DNA of 64,000 bases from Marmoricola sp. (GTDB lineage: Bacteria; Actinomycetota; Actinomycetes; Propionibacteriales; Nocardioidaceae), in the NCBI GenBank assembly GCA_046598495.1, contig JBKJIR010000005.1, positions 15,530 through 79,529 on the forward strand, in the 5' to 3' direction. The position numbers and the translations under genes were made by a program. Below are positions 40,642-50,310 of this stretch, piece by piece. The notes under the pieces were generated by a model that was not told the origin of the DNA, ran no database searches, and was given only the letters and a program-made list of their open reading frames with translations. Each line of letters starts with the position of its first letter. The stretch's first letter is position 1.

Positions 40642-41408
40642 GTCAGGTACCCGCCGTCGACGGCCAGCACCGCACCGGTCACGTACGACGCCGCCGCTGA
40701 GCTGAGGAACAGCACCGCGGGGACGATCTCGCCGACGGTGCCGAAACGGCCCATCGGGATGTGCGCGACCTGTTGCTCGACGATCTCCGGCACCGCCGCC
40801 ATGGGTGCGGTCATCGGGGTCTCGATGTTGCCGGGGGCGATCGCGTTGACCCGGATGCCGTCGGACGCCCAGCGCGCGCCGAGGGTCTGGGTCATCGAGA
40901 CCAGCCCGGCCTTGGAGGCGGCGTAGCCCGGCACCAGCGGGATCGCCCGGAAGGCGGCCATCGAGACCAGGCTGACGACGCTGGCACCGCCGGCTGCCTG
41001 CGACGACGTCAGCGCTCCGTGACAGGCGTGGGACAGCCGGTAGGCACCTTGGAGGTTGACCCGCAGCGACTCCTCGAACCCGGCCGGGTCGTACTCGTCG
41101 AGCCCGCCGGCGAAGGTCGCGCCCGCGTTGTTGACCAGGACGTCCAGGACGGGGAACGAGGCACCGAGTGCGGTCACGGCCGCTGCGTCGGTCATCGCGA
41201 CCTGGCGGTACTCCAGGCCGGTCAGGTCCACGTCGTACTCACCGGCCGCGGCGCGGGTTCCGGTGATCGTCACGAGCGCCCCCGCGTCCCGGTACGCCGT
41301 GGCGATGCCGTGGCCGATGCCGCTGGTTCCCCCGGTGACCAGGACCCGGGCGCCGGTGAAGTCGAAGGCCACGGTGTTGCTGAGTACCGCGGTTCGCGGG
41401 GCGGTCAT
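40635..41408 (-). CDS. SDR family oxidoreductase
   Basis: TGGTSGIG, LVNNAG, YAASK, VNAIAPG, VDGG. Confidence 0.92.
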   Translation of the reverse strand: MTAPRTAVLSNTVAFDFTGARVLVTGGTSGIGHGIATAYRDAGALVTITGTRAAAGEYDVDLTGLEYRQVAMTDAAAVTALGASFPVLDVLVNNAGATFAGGLDEYDPAGFEESLRVNLQGAYRLSHACHGALTSSQAAGGASVVSLVSMAAFRAIPLVPGYAASKAGLVSMTQTLGARWASDGIRVNAIAPGNIETPMTAPMAAVPEIVEQQVAHIPMGRFGTVGEIVPAVLFLSSAAASYVTGAVLAVDGGYLTY

Positions 41409-42634
41409 GCGAGCTCCTCGATCTGTCGGGTGAGCCAGGAGTGCTCCCAGAAGTTGGTCGCCTCCTCGAGCAGGCGCTGGTGCGCGTCGCGCAGGACGAC
41501 GCGGGCGTCGGGGTGGTCACCGACGATCTCGGCGAGGTGGATCGCCTCCAGGACGTCCCCGGCCTCCAACCGTTCGCCCGCCCGCTGCACGATCGCGGCG
41601 GCCCCGGCCAGCGCGACCAGGTCGGCGTGCACGGACTCCGGGCCGACCGGGTAGAGCTCGGTCGTCGAGGTGTGGTGGAACCAGCCGGCGTAGTTCTCCC
41701 AGATCGCGCGGACGTTCCAGGAGACCTTGCCGTAGCCCTCACCGATGTCGAGGTGGTCGGGCAGCGTGATCGATGCCATCAACGTGCGCACGTCGGTCCC
41801 GGCGTTCATCCCGCGCACGGTCTCGTCGTGGACGTGCTGGACGGCGTCGCGGAGCCTGCCCAGCTCGCCGTCGATCAGGGCGGCGCCGTGGACCGGGTCG
41901 AAGTGCCCGGTCACCAGGGTCTCGGCGCCGAGCGCGCGGACGGTCTCGATGGAGTCGATCACGGTGAGGGCGTCGCGGTACCGGTCGCCGCGGATCGTGA
42001 CCAGGTTCGGGACGTGGGCGAACAGCGGGCCGAAGGTGTTGCCGGAGAAGCAGATCCTCTCCTCGGGGAGCCAGACCACCAGGGAGTCGGTGGTCTCCCC
42101 ACCGGGGACGGCGATCAGCTCGAGCCGGCGGTCACCGACATCGAGAGTGAGGCGGTCCTCGACGATCAGGGTCGGGCTGGGCGAGCCCTGGGCTTGGGAG
42201 GCGTCGGGGAACCGCGCCTTGGTCGCTTGCATACCTGCCAGGACGCGGTCCATGAAGGCGAACGCCGAGTTGTTGATCCGGAAGCTCGCCAGCCGCTCGT
42301 TGTCGTCTCGCCAGGTCTGCCACGCGGCCTGGGCGACCACGTCGGTGTCCGGGTCGCTGAGGTGCTCGATGCCGCCGACATGGTCGTAGTGACCCTGGGT
42401 CAGGATCACGTAGCGGGTCGGCGACGGGTCGACGGCGTCGTACAGGGCCCGGTGCACGGGGCCCTCGAAACCCATCCCGGTGTTGATGACGACCCGGCCC
42501 TCGCTGGTGGTGATCAGGTACGAGTTCGACAGTCCGGGGGACATCCAGATCCCGGGCGCGATCTCGGTCGCGTGCTCGGCGCTCGCGGGTGCCAGCTGGT
42601 CGGCGCCCGGGCGGATGCGGTGGATCCCGGTCAC
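41405..42634 (-). CDS. Alkyl/aryl-sulfatase-like metallo-beta-lactamase fold hydrolase
   Basis: TQGHYDHVGG, GGETTD, PNLVTIRGDRYR, VTGH, GYGKVSWNVRAIWENYAGWF; start moved to GTG 42634. Confidence 0.85.
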   Translation of the reverse strand: MTGIHRIRPGADQLAPASAEHATEIAPGIWMSPGLSNSYLITTSEGRVVINTGMGFEGPVHRALYDAVDPSPTRYVILTQGHYDHVGGIEHLSDPDTDVVAQAAWQTWRDDNERLASFRINNSAFAFMDRVLAGMQATKARFPDASQAQGSPSPTLIVEDRLTLDVGDRRLELIAVPGGETTDSLVVWLPEERICFSGNTFGPLFAHVPNLVTIRGDRYRDALTVIDSIETVRALGAETLVTGHFDPVHGAALIDGELGRLRDAVQHVHDETVRGMNAGTDVRTLMASITLPDHLDIGEGYGKVSWNVRAIWENYAGWFHHTSTTELYPVGPESVHADLVALAGAAAIVQRAGERLEAGDVLEAIHLAEIVGDHPDARVVLRDAHQRLLEEATNFWEHSWLTRQIEELA

Positions 42635-43647
42635 GCTGCGCCGTCCGAGGGGCCCATCGTGATCAGCACCTTGCCGCACTCCTTGGAGGTCTGCAGCAGA
42701 GTGAGAGCGTCGCCGAACTCCTCGATCCCGAACCGGTGGGTGATCATCGCGGAGAGGTCCTTGCGGGCCAGCAGCTCCAGGGCGGACTCGAACCGGGCGG
42801 GGTACTCCATCGAGCCGCGGATCGTCAGCTGCTTCATCATCACCGCCAACAGGCTGACCGGGACGTCGTCGTTGTGGACGGCCACCACCGAGATCCGCGA
42901 CCCCGGCTTGGCGTTCGCCACGATCTCCCCGAACACTGGTCCCAGGGCGGTCGCCTCGATGAAGGCGTCGGTGCCGGGGGTGGGCCCGAGCATGGTCGGC
43001 ACACTCCCGTGGAGCTCGCGCAGCCGCTCCCACGCCTTCTCGGTGAGCGGGTCGATGCTCTCGCTCGCGCCGAGCTGCAGAGCCAGCTCGCGGCGCCGCG
43101 CGGACGGGTCGATCGCGACCAGGCGGCTGATCCCCCGGTCGGCCAACGTGGCGATCGCCGCCAGGCCGACCGGGCCGCAGCCGAAGACCGCCACCGCGTC
43201 GCCGTCGTGGACCTCTGCCTGGTCGACCGCGTTCATCCCGACGGCCAGCGGCTCGGCGAGGGCGGCGGTGACCAGGTCGAGGCCGTCGGGGACGGCGTAC
43301 AGACGGACGTCTGCCTCACCGACGAGCAGTTGCGGGGCGAGGCCGCCGTGCTCGGTCCCGCAGCCGATCCGGCCCAGGTCGTCGTTGCCCGGCAGCACCA
43401 CCACCCGATCGCCGACGGCGTACCGGGTGACCTCGGCGCCGACCTCGACGACGGTGCCAGCAAGCTCGTGGCCGATCGGCATCGGGGACCCGTCCGGCGT
43501 GAACGGCCCCATCTTCACGAACGTCAGGTCGGAGCCGCAGATCCCGCACGCGGCCACCTGGACCACCGCGTCGCGCGGCCCGGCGGACGATTCGGGGACG
43601 TCGTCGACCCGGACGTCCCCGACGGCGTGGATGCGGACCTGCTTCAT
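42631..43647 (-). CDS. Zinc-binding (MDR) dehydrogenase
   Basis: CGICGSD, GHE, LAEPL, GCGPVG. Confidence 0.9.
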   Translation of the reverse strand: MKQVRIHAVGDVRVDDVPESSAGPRDAVVQVAACGICGSDLTFVKMGPFTPDGSPMPIGHELAGTVVEVGAEVTRYAVGDRVVVLPGNDDLGRIGCGTEHGGLAPQLLVGEADVRLYAVPDGLDLVTAALAEPLAVGMNAVDQAEVHDGDAVAVFGCGPVGLAAIATLADRGISRLVAIDPSARRRELALQLGASESIDPLTEKAWERLRELHGSVPTMLGPTPGTDAFIEATALGPVFGEIVANAKPGSRISVVAVHNDDVPVSLLAVMMKQLTIRGSMEYPARFESALELLARKDLSAMITHRFGIEEFGDALTLLQTSKECGKVLITMGPSDGAA

Positions 43648-44897
43648 AGGGTCTCCTCGGTGATGCTGAATCGGTCGGTATAGAAGGCGAAGCGCTCGCG
43701 GAGCATCCGCGGATCCGCCCCGAAGTCGCGGGCCAGGTCGTAGAGGACCCGGCCGTGCTTCCCGCGCGGGTTGGCGTCCAGGTAGGCCTGCAGCTCGCGA
43801 CGGGCGTGGCCGGTCAGCTCGACCCCGGCGGTCGCGTAGAGCTGCGCGACGACCGCGAGGTCATCCCTCATGAAGTCGTCGAACCTCACGTCCAGGCTCT
43901 GCGCCGCCGGCACCAGCTCGCGGTCCCGGACGCAGGCGGTGAGCAGGCGCTCGATCCTCGTCGCCCAGTAGTCCGCGAGTCCCGGAGCGTCGACGTCGCT
44001 ACGTCGGATCCGGTCGCCGTACGCGAGCATCGTCACCGCCGACTGCAGCACAGCCACCGGGTCGCGGTGGGTGAAGGCCACGGTGGCATCCGGGAAGGTC
44101 CGCATCAGCGGGCCGAGCTGTTCCAGGTGCTGCGGTGATTTCAGGACCCAGTGCCGGGGGCCGCGCAGAAACGTCAACGCCTGGAGAACCGTGCGGAGGT
44201 AGGCGTAGTGCGCGTCCTGGTCGAAGTCGGCGTACGCGTCCCGCCAGCCCGGGACGCGCGCGTGCCACTCCAGCGTGTACGACGAGAAGTCCAGGTCGAG
44301 CAGCTCGACCTCCTCCTCGATCGCGGCCGGGAACCGGTCGTGCATCGCCTTGGTCAGCGGGGCGATCGACTGCTCCGAGGCGTGCTCGGCGACGATCCGG
44401 ACGAACCGCGGGTCGAGTCCGTCGACGCCCGGACCTTCGCCTGGTCGGGGGAACGGCTCCTGGCTCTCCCAGTAGGGGAGAGCGCGGCGGCGGGAGTCCG
44501 CGGCGATCAGGTTGACCAGGTGGGTGGTCCCGGAGCGAGGCAGCCCGACGACGATCAGGGGCGCCTCGATCACGATTTCGCGGATCTCGGGGTGACGCCG
44601 CAGCAGGTCGTTGAGGAGGGCACGGCTGGCCAGCAGCCGGGTGACCCGGTTGCGCTGGACGAGGCGGCCGAGGCTGCTCAGACCGGTGTCGTCGGTGACC
44701 GCTTTCAGGTACAGACCGAGGCGGCGCCGGTACTCCGGGTCGCCGAAGTCGCTGCTGCCGGCCAGGTCGGCCGCGGCGGCGTGCAGGCCGTCGGCGCTGA
44801 GGTCGATGTCGAGCGAGTCAGTGTAGGCGAGCACGCCCTGCTGCTCAGGGGTGAGGACCGGCGAGGCGAGGTCGTCGATCCGGATCGGCGCGGACAT
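43644..44897 (-). CDS. Sulfotransferase
   Basis: GLPRSGTTHL 5'-PSB loop, WVLKSPQH, THRDP. Confidence 0.9.
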   Translation of the reverse strand: MSAPIRIDDLASPVLTPEQQGVLAYTDSLDIDLSADGLHAAAADLAGSSDFGDPEYRRRLGLYLKAVTDDTGLSSLGRLVQRNRVTRLLASRALLNDLLRRHPEIREIVIEAPLIVVGLPRSGTTHLVNLIAADSRRRALPYWESQEPFPRPGEGPGVDGLDPRFVRIVAEHASEQSIAPLTKAMHDRFPAAIEEEVELLDLDFSSYTLEWHARVPGWRDAYADFDQDAHYAYLRTVLQALTFLRGPRHWVLKSPQHLEQLGPLMRTFPDATVAFTHRDPVAVLQSAVTMLAYGDRIRRSDVDAPGLADYWATRIERLLTACVRDRELVPAAQSLDVRFDDFMRDDLAVVAQLYATAGVELTGHARRELQAYLDANPRGKHGRVLYDLARDFGADPRMLRERFAFYTDRFSITEETL

Positions 44898-44947
44898 GTT
44901 GGCAAATCTTACAGTCGAGCATCAGAGTGTCAAGTATAGTCCGGTCC

Positions 44948-45547
44948 ATGAGGACGCCGCAGGAGGTCGCCCCGCGCTCGGGTCGCGGCCCGGCACCGCA
45001 GACCCGGAGCCGGATCATCGATGCGACCCTGGAGTGCTTGCGTGCCGGCGGGGTGCCCGCGGTGACGATCAGCGCGATCGCCCGGACCTCGGGGATCTCC
45101 CGCCCGACCGTCTACGCGCACTTCGCCGACGTGCCGGAGCTGGTCCACGCCGCGGTGGAGCACGCCGCGCTGGAGATCACCGGCCGGATCGCGTACGACG
45201 TGCGCCGCGCGGACGGCACCGCGGCGGCGATCGTGGAGTTCATCGTCGCCGCGCACCGTGAGTTCCGGGCCGACCCGGTCGCGGTGATGGTCGCCGACAT
45301 CGGGACCCGGCCCGGGCTGGTGGATGCCGGGACCATCTCGCGGCCGATGCTCGACCTGGCCGGGCGGTTCATGCGCCCGGTGCTCCGTGAGGATCCCGTG
45401 CTGCTCGCGCGCCAGGACGAGATCGTGGAGATCTCGGTGCGCTTCCTGCTCTCGGTGCTCACCTACTCCAGCGAGCACACCAGCAGCGACCAACGGCTCC
45501 GGGCGTTCCTGCACCGCACGTTGGTCCCCGCGCTCGGCCTCAGCTGA
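44948..45547 (+). CDS. TetR/AcrR family regulator
   Basis: VTISAIARTSGISRPTVYAHF; divergent from sulfotransferase; start moved to ATG 44948. Confidence 0.9.
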   Translation: MRTPQEVAPRSGRGPAPQTRSRIIDATLECLRAGGVPAVTISAIARTSGISRPTVYAHFADVPELVHAAVEHAALEITGRIAYDVRRADGTAAAIVEFIVAAHREFRADPVAVMVADIGTRPGLVDAGTISRPMLDLAGRFMRPVLREDPVLLARQDEIVEISVRFLLSVLTYSSEHTSSDQRLRAFLHRTLVPALGLS

Positions 45548-47483
45548 GCCGGGCCGCCAGCCGCTTGGCGTTCATGTAGGCGATCGACTCGATCGAGATC
45601 ATCGGGTTCACCCCGGAGGCGGTCGGGAAGCAGGACGCATCCGCGACGATCAGGTCCTTGACCTCCCAGGTCTCGCCGTCCGGGTTCAGGGCCGAGACCT
45701 CCGGTGAGCCGCCCATCCGGGAGGTGCCCATGATGTGCAACGCCGCCAGCGCCAGCTTCGCCGGCGCCGCGCCCTCCTTACGGACCTCGGCCATGAACGA
45801 CGCGCGGGTGCCGCGCTTGCCCGGCTCGTAGCCCATCGTCCGGTGGTGGGTGGTGTAGATCTGGGTGGCCCCGGCCGCCTCGCCGATCTGGGCGGCGAGG
45901 TCGAACCCGCGCATGAGCAGCTCGGTGTCACCGGGCGACAACGTGTATCTGGCGACGGGCTCCCCGTCCTTGCCGATCTTCACGGTTCCGCCGGGCCCCT
46001 TGTCGCGCACGATGATGGCCACGCCGAGCATGTGCTTGAGGTCCTGCATCCGCTCGAGGTGCTGGGCGCCGCTGCGCCAGTTGACGAAGCCGGAGCCGAA
46101 CGCCGGGGTCAACGGGGCGGTCTCGAACAGCACGCCGTAGCCGTCGCCGTCGAGGTCGGTCCAGTTGTTGACGTACCGCGCCTGCATCGCTCCCTCCCAG
46201 GGGTTGACCAGGTCCGGGACCCGGGCCCAGAGCGCGGTCGCCGGGTGCAGGCGCAGGTGCTTGCCGATGTTGGTGTTGCTGAGTCCGGAGCGCTGGAGGA
46301 GAGCCGGGGTCTGGATAGCCCCGGCAGCGACGACGACCGCGCGGGCCTTCACGGTGAGCACGTTGCCGTCGGGGGAGACCGCTGTTACCCCGACCGCCCG
46401 GCCGTTCTGGATCGTGACGGTCCGGGCCCGTGCCCCCACGTAGATCCGGGCACCGTTGTCGGCCGCGTCCGCGATCCAGGTCTTGGTGACCGACTGCTTG
46501 GCACCGATCCGGCACCCCATCCCGCAGCGTCCGCACTCGATCCCGGTGTCGCAGCCGATCACGTTGCGCGGCATCGCGGCGACGTCCCAGCCGAGCGCCC
46601 GGGCCCCGCGCTCGAGGACCTGGTCGCGGACCCCGGCACCCGGGTGGTCGGTGTTGACCCCCAGGCGCGCGTTGACGGCCGCCAGGGCGTCGTCGTACTC
46701 GGTGGTGGTGAACTGCGCGGCGCCGAAGGAGGCCCACTCGGCCCGCACGTGGTCCGGGGTCGAGAACGAGGTCGTGTAGTTCACCACGGTGCCGCCGCCG
46801 AGGCCGCGGCCCGCGACGAGCTGGACCTGGCCCTCGGAGGTGACGCCGGGGGAGCCGGCGTACAGCTCGCTGAAGCCCGTGCGCTCGCTGCCGTCGAAGT
46901 CGCGGTCGTCGTGGTACTCGCCGGCCTCGAGGATCACGACGTCCAGCCCGGCCTCGGCGAGGACCCCGGCCGCGGTGCCGCCGCCGGCACCGGAGCCGAC
47001 CACCACGACGTCGCAGACGATGGTCTCGTTCTGCGTCACGTGCTCGGGCTTCAGCGCCGGGTCGGGAGCGTCGGCCAGGGGGCCCGGAGGGCCGGCGTAC
47101 CCCATCGAGTCCCAGAGAGCCGGTCCGCCGGTGATGTAGTACGGCGCGAGGCAGGCACCCTTGAGGGCGGCGAAGAGTGCGCGCTTGGCGGCGACGCGCG
47201 AGTCCGAGAGGGAGAGCAGCACCCGTTCCCGGCCGGCCTGGTCGAGGTCGGAGAACCGGCGCGGACGTCCGGTGAGCAGGAGGCCGAGCAGCCGGGTGTC
47301 CCAGAGGCGCAGCAACGTCTTGAGCTGCTTCAGCTCGGACTCACGCGGGTTGGTCCCGGCGAGCTCGAGAGCGAACTCCGGTGCGCCGACCTTGCTGGCG
47401 GGCGGAACGCTCGCCCCGTCGCCCGGGGCGAACGTGTCGCTGATCAGTCGCAGGGCGGCAAGGTGCTTCTCAGTGAACGCCAT
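45540..47483 (-). CDS. GMC oxidoreductase, long-chain alcohol oxidase-like
   Basis: VVGSGAGG, GGGTVVN, C..CG.GC, HIMGTSRMG, PTASGVNP; N-terminal extension. Confidence 0.88.
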   Translation of the reverse strand: MAFTEKHLAALRLISDTFAPGDGASVPPASKVGAPEFALELAGTNPRESELKQLKTLLRLWDTRLLGLLLTGRPRRFSDLDQAGRERVLLSLSDSRVAAKRALFAALKGACLAPYYITGGPALWDSMGYAGPPGPLADAPDPALKPEHVTQNETIVCDVVVVGSGAGGGTAAGVLAEAGLDVVILEAGEYHDDRDFDGSERTGFSELYAGSPGVTSEGQVQLVAGRGLGGGTVVNYTTSFSTPDHVRAEWASFGAAQFTTTEYDDALAAVNARLGVNTDHPGAGVRDQVLERGARALGWDVAAMPRNVIGCDTGIECGRCGMGCRIGAKQSVTKTWIADAADNGARIYVGARARTVTIQNGRAVGVTAVSPDGNVLTVKARAVVVAAGAIQTPALLQRSGLSNTNIGKHLRLHPATALWARVPDLVNPWEGAMQARYVNNWTDLDGDGYGVLFETAPLTPAFGSGFVNWRSGAQHLERMQDLKHMLGVAIIVRDKGPGGTVKIGKDGEPVARYTLSPGDTELLMRGFDLAAQIGEAAGATQIYTTHHRTMGYEPGKRGTRASFMAEVRKEGAAPAKLALAALHIMGTSRMGGSPEVSALNPDGETWEVKDLIVADASCFPTASGVNPMISIESIAYMNAKRLAARLS

Positions 47484-47593
47484 GAGCGGAACCTACTGCC
47501 CCTGTCCAACGCTCCGGAAGGGACGCGCGACACCAACTCCCGGGCGCTCAGGTGGTCCGGGGGACCAAGGTGACGACCCCCTAGGGTGTGCCC

Positions 47594-48241
47594 GTGAGCG
47601 AGATGCAGCGTCGACGTGGCCCCCGGGTCGACGTCGACGTCCCCGCCGTCCTCCTGGACACCGCGGAGGAGCTGTTCGGCATCGAGGGCGTGGACAACGT
47701 CTCGATGCGCTCGGTCGCTCGGGAGGCCGGGGTCGCCCCGGCGGCGCTGACCCACCACTTCCCGACGAAGCGCGCGCTGATCGAGGCCGTCGTGCACCGC
47801 CGGGGCGGCTCGGTCGGCGACGGTGTACGACGGGGCCTCGCGGCGCTCGCGGACCTGCCGGAGGTCACCACGCGTGACCTGGTCGACGCGGTGCTGATGC
47901 CCTTCGTCTACGAGATCAACAGCGAGCCCGCCAACGGCGTGCGGTGGCTCCGGGTGGTGATGACGCTGGCGCTCCAGGGCGACGAGATCATCGCTGCGGA
48001 GGTCGCCGGCGACGACCAGGGCGACATCACCGAGCTGTTCACGACGGCGGCCGTGCGGATCCAGGGGCTCGACCCGAAGGCGGTCGAGCTGCGGGCGCCG
48101 ATCGGGATGTTCTCGATGCTGACCGCGCTCGCCGCGGCGGATCTCGGAGGTTACGGTCGCCCGATCGGCCCGGCCGGGCTGGATCCCGAGTTCGTCGAGG
48201 AGCTGGCGCTCTTCACCAGCCACGGCCTGTACGGCGGCTGA
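47594..48241 (+). CDS. TetR/AcrR family regulator
   Basis: VSMRSVAREAGVAPAALTHHFPTK; start set by TAGGGT -10 six nt upstream. Confidence 0.88.
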   Translation: MSEMQRRRGPRVDVDVPAVLLDTAEELFGIEGVDNVSMRSVAREAGVAPAALTHHFPTKRALIEAVVHRRGGSVGDGVRRGLAALADLPEVTTRDLVDAVLMPFVYEINSEPANGVRWLRVVMTLALQGDEIIAAEVAGDDQGDITELFTTAAVRIQGLDPKAVELRAPIGMFSMLTALAAADLGGYGRPIGPAGLDPEFVEELALFTSHGLYGG

Positions 48242-48248
48242 CCCGTCC

Positions 48249-49481
48249 TCAGGACAGCCGCACCTGCATCTCCTTGATGCCGTTGATCCAGCTGTGCCGC
48301 AGCCGGACTGCCTCGCCACGACGCTCGATCTTGGTGCACTGGTCGGCCAGCGCGTTGAAGATCAGGTTCATCTCGACGCGAGCCAGGTTGGCGCCGATGC
48401 AGTAGTGCGCGCCGTGCCCGCCGAAGGCGAGGTGCGGGTTCGGGTCCCGGGTGATGTCGAAGGTGTGCGGGTCGGTGAACACCTCTTCGTCGTGGTTGCC
48501 CGAGGCGTAGAACATGCCGACCCGCTGGCCGGCCAGGATCTGCTGGCCGCCGACCTCGACGTCGTGGGTCGCGGTGCGCTGGAACACGTTCACCGGGGTC
48601 GCCCACCGGGTGACCTCGTCGATCATCGTCGCGGGACGGTCCCTGACCCACTTGCCCCACTGGTCGGGGTTGTCGAGGAACGCGTTCATGCCGTGGGTGA
48701 TCGCGTTCCGGGTGGTCTCGTTGCCGGCGACGGTCAGGATGATCACGAAGTAGCCGAACTCGTCGTCGGTGAGCCCGCGACCGTCCTTGTCCGCGGTGAT
48801 CAGCTTGGTGACGATGTCGTCGCGCGGGTTCGCCTTGCGGTCGGCAGCCATCGCCATCGAGTAGGCGAGGATCTCCGCCGCTGCGACGTCGGACTGTCCC
48901 TCGAACTCGGGGTCCTCGCCGGCCAGCATCATGTTCGACCAGTCGAAGAGCTTCTTGCGGTCCTCCTGCGGGACGCCGAGCAGGTCCGCGATCGCCTGCA
49001 GCGGCAGCTCCGCGGCGACCTCGGTCACGAAGTCGACGTCACCCTTGACCAGGGCGTCGGCGACGATCTTCCGAGCCCGCTCCTGGAGACCTTCCTCGAT
49101 CGCCATGATCGAGCGCGGGGTGAAGCCGCGGCTGATGATCTGACGGGTCGCCAGGTGCTCGGGACCGTCCTGGTTGAGCAGCATCACCCGCTGGAATTCG
49201 ATCATCTCGCGCAGCATCCCCTCGGGGAACCGGATGATCGCGGAGTTCTCGGCGCTGGAGAAGTTCTTGCTGTTCTTCGACACGGCGAGGATGTCCTCGT
49301 GCCGGGAGACCGCCCAGTAGCCGGTGCCCCCTTCCATGCCGTCGCGCGCGTTCTGCGGCTGCTCGACCCAGTGGACCGGGGAGGTCTGGCGCGCGAGGGC
49401 GTGCTCGGTGAGGGGGACGCCGACCAGCATCGTGTCCGGGTCGGTGAAGTCGAAGCCCTCGGGCAGTTCGGTCATGGTCAT
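48249..49481 (-). CDS. Cytochrome P450, CYP125-like (steroid C26/27 monooxygenase-like)
   Basis: FDFTDPD, AGNETTRNAITHG, EVTR, FGGHGAHYCIGANLAR. Confidence 0.88.
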   Translation of the reverse strand: MTMTELPEGFDFTDPDTMLVGVPLTEHALARQTSPVHWVEQPQNARDGMEGGTGYWAVSRHEDILAVSKNSKNFSSAENSAIIRFPEGMLREMIEFQRVMLLNQDGPEHLATRQIISRGFTPRSIMAIEEGLQERARKIVADALVKGDVDFVTEVAAELPLQAIADLLGVPQEDRKKLFDWSNMMLAGEDPEFEGQSDVAAAEILAYSMAMAADRKANPRDDIVTKLITADKDGRGLTDDEFGYFVIILTVAGNETTRNAITHGMNAFLDNPDQWGKWVRDRPATMIDEVTRWATPVNVFQRTATHDVEVGGQQILAGQRVGMFYASGNHDEEVFTDPHTFDITRDPNPHLAFGGHGAHYCIGANLARVEMNLIFNALADQCTKIERRGEAVRLRHSWINGIKEMQVRLS

Positions 49482-49514
49482 GGAAGTGAGTCCTTGTCTC
49501 GGCGCTGAGGAGGC

Positions 49515-49536
49515 TATTTGACCAGGCGAGCAAATA
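49515..49536. promoter_or_regulatory. Palindromic operator candidate between P450 and TetR
   Basis: TATTTG-N10-CAAATA. Confidence 0.45.
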
Positions 49537-49632
49537 ACCTCACCCAGTCAACCACATGCTCGGTCAGGACGGAATGGTTTGTGCCGGGTCGGGACCTTCG
49601 GCCCGGGCCCCGGCATGACTATGCTCCGGCGG

Positions 49633-50283
49633 GTGACCACGTCGGGTGCTGCCAGAGGAGCTGCCAAGGGTTCTCTGGGGCACCGTCCGAACAGGCGCGG
49701 GAGCCAGACCCGGCAGAACATGCTGGAGGCCGCACTGCGGGCGTTGGCGACCGGTGACCCGAACGCGGTCTCGGCCAACCACATCGCCAAGCAGGTCGGC
49801 GTCACCTGGGGTGCGGTGAAGTACCAGTTCGGCGACGTCGACGACTTCTGGGCGGCGGTGCTCGGCTTCCTCGGCGAACGGCGCGGGGAGCTCGACCTGG
49901 GCAGTGACCCCGAGGCCGGGCTGGAGGACCGCGTCGGCCAGATCGTCGACCTGCTCTGGCGCGGCCTCGACACCGCCGACGCCCGGGCGATGGAGACCCT
50001 GCGCAGCGCGCTGCCTCGCGAGCGCGAGGAGCTGGAGCGGTCGTTCCCGAAGACGGCCGCGGAGCTCGCCGCCTGGCAGTCCGGCTGGGTGGAGGCGTGT
50101 CAGCGGGCGTTCGCCGACCTCGAGGTCGACCCGGTCCGGGTCCGCGAGATGGCGGCGATGATCCCCGGCGCGATGCTGGGGCTCACCGCCGAGCGGCACC
50201 TGAGCACCTACTCGAACATGGACGACGCCAAGCGCGGACTGCGCAACGCGATCGCGGCGTACCTCTCGGCGCCCGGTGGTTGA
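49633..50283 (+). CDS. TetR/AcrR family regulator
   Basis: SANHIAKQVGVTWGAVKYQFGD; start approximate (GTG after TATGCT). Confidence 0.85.
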   Translation: MTTSGAARGAAKGSLGHRPNRRGSQTRQNMLEAALRALATGDPNAVSANHIAKQVGVTWGAVKYQFGDVDDFWAAVLGFLGERRGELDLGSDPEAGLEDRVGQIVDLLWRGLDTADARAMETLRSALPREREELERSFPKTAAELAAWQSGWVEACQRAFADLEVDPVRVREMAAMIPGAMLGLTAERHLSTYSNMDDAKRGLRNAIAAYLSAPGG

Positions 50284-50310
50284 GGAAGCGCAGCGCCTGG
50301 CTCGAAACCT

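Noticed and set aside
41441-43663. 740-aa plus-strand ORF
   Set aside because: Antisense to the sulfatase and dehydrogenase genes; no motifs
49551-49564. Possible KstR2 site (ACCACATGCTCGGT) upstream of the P450
   Set aside because: Three mismatches to AnCAAGnnCTTGnT; too weak
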